From Microcystaceae cyanobacterium (lineage in GTDB: Bacteria; Cyanobacteriota; Cyanobacteriia; Cyanobacteriales; Microcystaceae), in contig JBGTGT010000033.1 of NCBI GenBank assembly GCA_041746575.1, positions 1 to 20,720 on the forward strand: a stretch of 20,720 bases of DNA, in the 5' to 3' direction. The notes beneath the pieces were generated by a model. It worked only from the letters and a program-made list of their open reading frames with translations, was not told the DNA's origin and searched no databases. Positions 17,947-20,720 of the stretch are shown piece after piece. A program made the translations under genes and the position numbers. The first letter of the stretch is position 1. Each line of letters opens with the position of its first letter.

Positions 17947-19911
17947 ATGTCTAAATCTCGTTTTCAATTTAACCGACAGCTTTGGTATCGTTTTATTGAG
18001 TCAGCGCAACCCTATTTTTTCCCTATAGAACGCCGTCAAACGTGGATTTTTTTGGGATTAATTTTTACACTTTTAGTGAGCGTCATTTCCTTGACTTTTT
18101 TTGCTGTCGTTGGCTTAACATTATTAGGAAAAGGGGTGTTTCCTGAATTTTTTGAACAAGTTGCCAAAGAACTCATTACGAATATTAGCAGTTTATTAGC
18201 TTCTCCTACCCCTTATATATTTTTAGCTTTATTATTGGGATGTAGCTTGATTTTTGCCTCTCAATATCGAAAGTTAAGAGAGCGTTGGAGACAGTGGTTA
18301 TTATTAGGCTTTCTCTTATTTCTTCTTTTTACAGTCAATGGCTTGAATGTAATTTTAAGTTATACGTTCAGATTGGTTGATAACTCCCTTATTGCCAAAG
18401 ATAGTAATCTTTTTTGGCAAACAATGATCATCTATGGAATTGTTTTAGTCGTCGCCATTCCAATTATTGTTGCTTATTTCTATGTTCGACAGAAATTAGG
18501 TTTATTATGGCGAGAATGGTTAACCAAACACTTTTTGAATCGCTATTTTAGTCAACGATCTTACTATGAGCTAGATTCCAATTCACTGAATACAGAAATT
18601 GATAATCCCGATCAACGGATCACGCAGGATATTAAAGCATTTACCAGTGTCACCCTTGATTTTCTCCTAGATATTTTAGACTCTATCCTAACATTATTTT
18701 CGTTTACCGCTATTTTATACAGTATTTCCCGTCAGTTAACCTTGGGTTTAATTGGTTATGCGGCCTTTGGCACGGCGGTAGCCGTTTGGGTGGGGAATCG
18801 CCTAATTGGTATTAATTATGAACAATTAAGATTAGAAGCCAATTTTCGTTACAACATGGTAAGAGTGCGGGATAATGCTGAATCTATTGCGTTTTACCGA
18901 GGTGAAAGATTAGAAAAACGACAAGTGATTGAACGCTTAATGGAAGCCATTAGAAACTTTGATTTATTAATTATTTGGCAATCTATTATTGTTTTATTTC
19001 AAAGAGGATATAACTTTTTTACCCGATTAATTCCTTATCTTGTGATGGCTCCTTTATTCTTTGCAGGAAATATAGATTTTGGCGCAATTGGACAAGCGGC
19101 GTTTGCTTTTTCGATGGTGTTGGGTGCTCTTTCTTTAATTACGAATCAGATTCAAGGGATTACCGAATTTGCAGCTAGCATTAACCGTTTAGGGGAGTTT
19201 TATGAATCGTTAGATGATCCATCTGGCAAACGGACACATCCCCAAGCCAGTGCTATTTTAACCCAATTAGATGATTATATTCATTTAGAAAATATCACCT
19301 TACAACCCCCTAACTCTCAGCGTATTTTAGTAGAAGATTTATCAGCAGAAGTGAATCCTCATAACAATTTGCTAATTATGGGGGCAAGTGGCAGTGGCAA
19401 AAGTTCTTTATTAAGGGCAATTGCCGGTTTGTGGAATTCGGGACAAGGAACGATTTATCGACCTGAATTACAGGATATGCTATTTTTACCCCAACGTCCT
19501 TACATGATTTTAGGCACTCTCAGAGAACAATTACTGTATCCAACTCCCGACAATGAAGTCAACGACGATTATTTACAACATATCTTAGAAACTGTGAATT
19601 TACCTGATTTAGTAAAGCGATTTGAAATAGGATTTGATGCTCAACAAAATTGGGAAAATGTTCTCTCTTTGGGGGAACAACAACGGGTTGCTTTTGCGAG
19701 AATTCTAATTACTCAACCCCGCTATGCTATTTTAGATGAAGCGACCAGTGCTTTAGATGTTAAAAATGAAGCTTATCTTTATGAAAAATTAGCCAATCAA
19801 GGAACAACTTATATTAGTGTTGGTCATCGTCCTACTTTAATTCAATATCATCAACAATTATTAGAAATTTTGCAAGGAGGACAGTGGCAATTAAATTTAA
19901 TTAATCAGTAG
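17947..19911 (+). CDS. ABC transporter fused permease/ATPase, ABCD (YddA/BacA-like) family
   Basis: IDNPDQRITQD, EAA loop AESIAFYRGE, Walker A GASGSGKS, FLPQRPY, signature LSLGEQQR, Walker B ILDEATSALD, SVGHR. Confidence 0.92.
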   Translation: MSKSRFQFNRQLWYRFIESAQPYFFPIERRQTWIFLGLIFTLLVSVISLTFFAVVGLTLLGKGVFPEFFEQVAKELITNISSLLASPTPYIFLALLLGCSLIFASQYRKLRERWRQWLLLGFLLFLLFTVNGLNVILSYTFRLVDNSLIAKDSNLFWQTMIIYGIVLVVAIPIIVAYFYVRQKLGLLWREWLTKHFLNRYFSQRSYYELDSNSLNTEIDNPDQRITQDIKAFTSVTLDFLLDILDSILTLFSFTAILYSISRQLTLGLIGYAAFGTAVAVWVGNRLIGINYEQLRLEANFRYNMVRVRDNAESIAFYRGERLEKRQVIERLMEAIRNFDLLIIWQSIIVLFQRGYNFFTRLIPYLVMAPLFFAGNIDFGAIGQAAFAFSMVLGALSLITNQIQGITEFAASINRLGEFYESLDDPSGKRTHPQASAILTQLDDYIHLENITLQPPNSQRILVEDLSAEVNPHNNLLIMGASGSGKSSLLRAIAGLWNSGQGTIYRPELQDMLFLPQRPYMILGTLREQLLYPTPDNEVNDDYLQHILETVNLPDLVKRFEIGFDAQQNWENVLSLGEQQRVAFARILITQPRYAILDEATSALDVKNEAYLYEKLANQGTTYISVGHRPTLIQYHQQLLEILQGGQWQLNLINQ

Positions 19912-19939
19912 TTAATTGTTATTTAGGAAAGTAAAAATT

Positions 19940-20577
19940 ATGACTCCGAAAATAGCCACCCCTGACTTTAATTCAATCTTAGATCAAGCGGTTGATAGTG
20001 TTCTGCAAAACAAAAAAGAAAAACCGTCCAATGAAACCTTGATTTATGCCTTATTAGAAGCGGAAAAATACAGTAAAAAAACTAAAACACCGATTTTTTT
20101 AGTCAATTTCTGGGTAAATGGCGATTATGTTTTATTACAGGGACGAAAAAAGCACGAGAAAAAACGGGTATTATGCTAGGTAAGGGGCGATATTTAACAC
20201 AATGGTTATCTATTTACTTAACCTATGATTCTTCTCCGCTTAACGCTTCCCCTTCTCCCCTTTCTGAACGAGAATATGGACAAATTATCAATCAAATACA
20301 AATGGCGGCATTAAAGATTACTTTAACAGGGCCAGCGCAACTTTTTATTTCTAAGCGAATTTTAGCGTTTGATTTTACTCGAATTAACGTCAGTATCGGA
20401 ACATTCAATTTATATTCAGGAGAAATTCGAGGCGGAAAAGAAACAGAAACCGACTTTTATGGCAATCAGGTTAATAAACAAGCATTCTTTGCTTATTTTC
20501 TGGTTAAAGATAATTTAATAGCGGCAAGAGGGAAAGGCGGTGGATTAGCATTGTGGGGAAAAATTGAAGACTGTTAA
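19940..20577 (+). pseudogene. Conserved cyanobacterial hypothetical gene (about 212 aa if intact) split by a one-base frameshift near 20086-20100
   Basis: The first frame (ATG 19940, AGGA upstream) gives ...ALLEAEKYSKKTKTP. The -1 frame continues FSQFLGKWRLCFITGTKKAREKTGIMLGKGRY into ORF 20173-20577 (LAFDFTR...AARGKGGGLALW). One extra T in the T7 run 20094-20100 joins them. Confidence 0.75.
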
Positions 20578-20661
20578 TCAAACGTGAGTTCGGCGAGGGC
20601 AATTATCTCAATTTTTTTGTTCATTCTGATTGGGATTGGGAAAGGAAAAACAAATTCTTGA

Positions 20662-20720
20662 TTGGGGGACTAGCCCCCCAAACCCCCCAACGGGGGACGG
20701 AGTGCCTCCCCCGCACCCCC
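20662..20720. repeat. Tandem G/C-run palindromic (REP-like) element, may continue past the window
   Basis: Two units GGGGGAC-n-CCCCC(C)-nnA-CCCCC: TTGGGGGACTAGCCCCCCAAACCCCCC then GGGGGACGGAGTGCCTCCCCCGCACCCCC, in otherwise AT-rich intergenic DNA. Confidence 0.55.

Noticed and set aside
1..20720. CRISPR array, rRNA, prophage or defence system
   Set aside because: No regularly spaced repeat-spacer units, rRNA sequence or phage/defence motifs found.

Overview
Cyanobacterial chromosomal window (at least 11 HIP1 GCGATCGC octamers; typical cyanobacterial gene set). In order it holds: the 3' end of an IS200/IS605 tnpB gene with its structured right end (likely omegaRNA scaffold; missed by the ORF track); a DUF4090 gene; a three-gene DUF318 permease / TIGR03943 / Ig-plus-propeller module; a compact four-gene tocopherol (vitamin E) cluster made of two convergent pairs (hpt-cyclase on +, gamma-TMT-hppD on -); ilvB with a C-terminal zinc ribbon; a conserved membrane hypothetical; a PrxQ with a Tat-like signal; a cysteine desulfurase; a small membrane ORF; tRNA-Ala(GGC) with a near-consensus promoter; argZ/agrE; dusA; an ABCD-type transporter; a conserved gene split by a one-base frameshift at a T7 tract; and a G/C-run repeat at the window end. 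Family calls come from recognised motifs, not database searches. The best leads are the assembled tocopherol cluster joined to an uncharacterised transporter module, the TnpB omegaRNA end, and the U_UUU_UUA frameshift.
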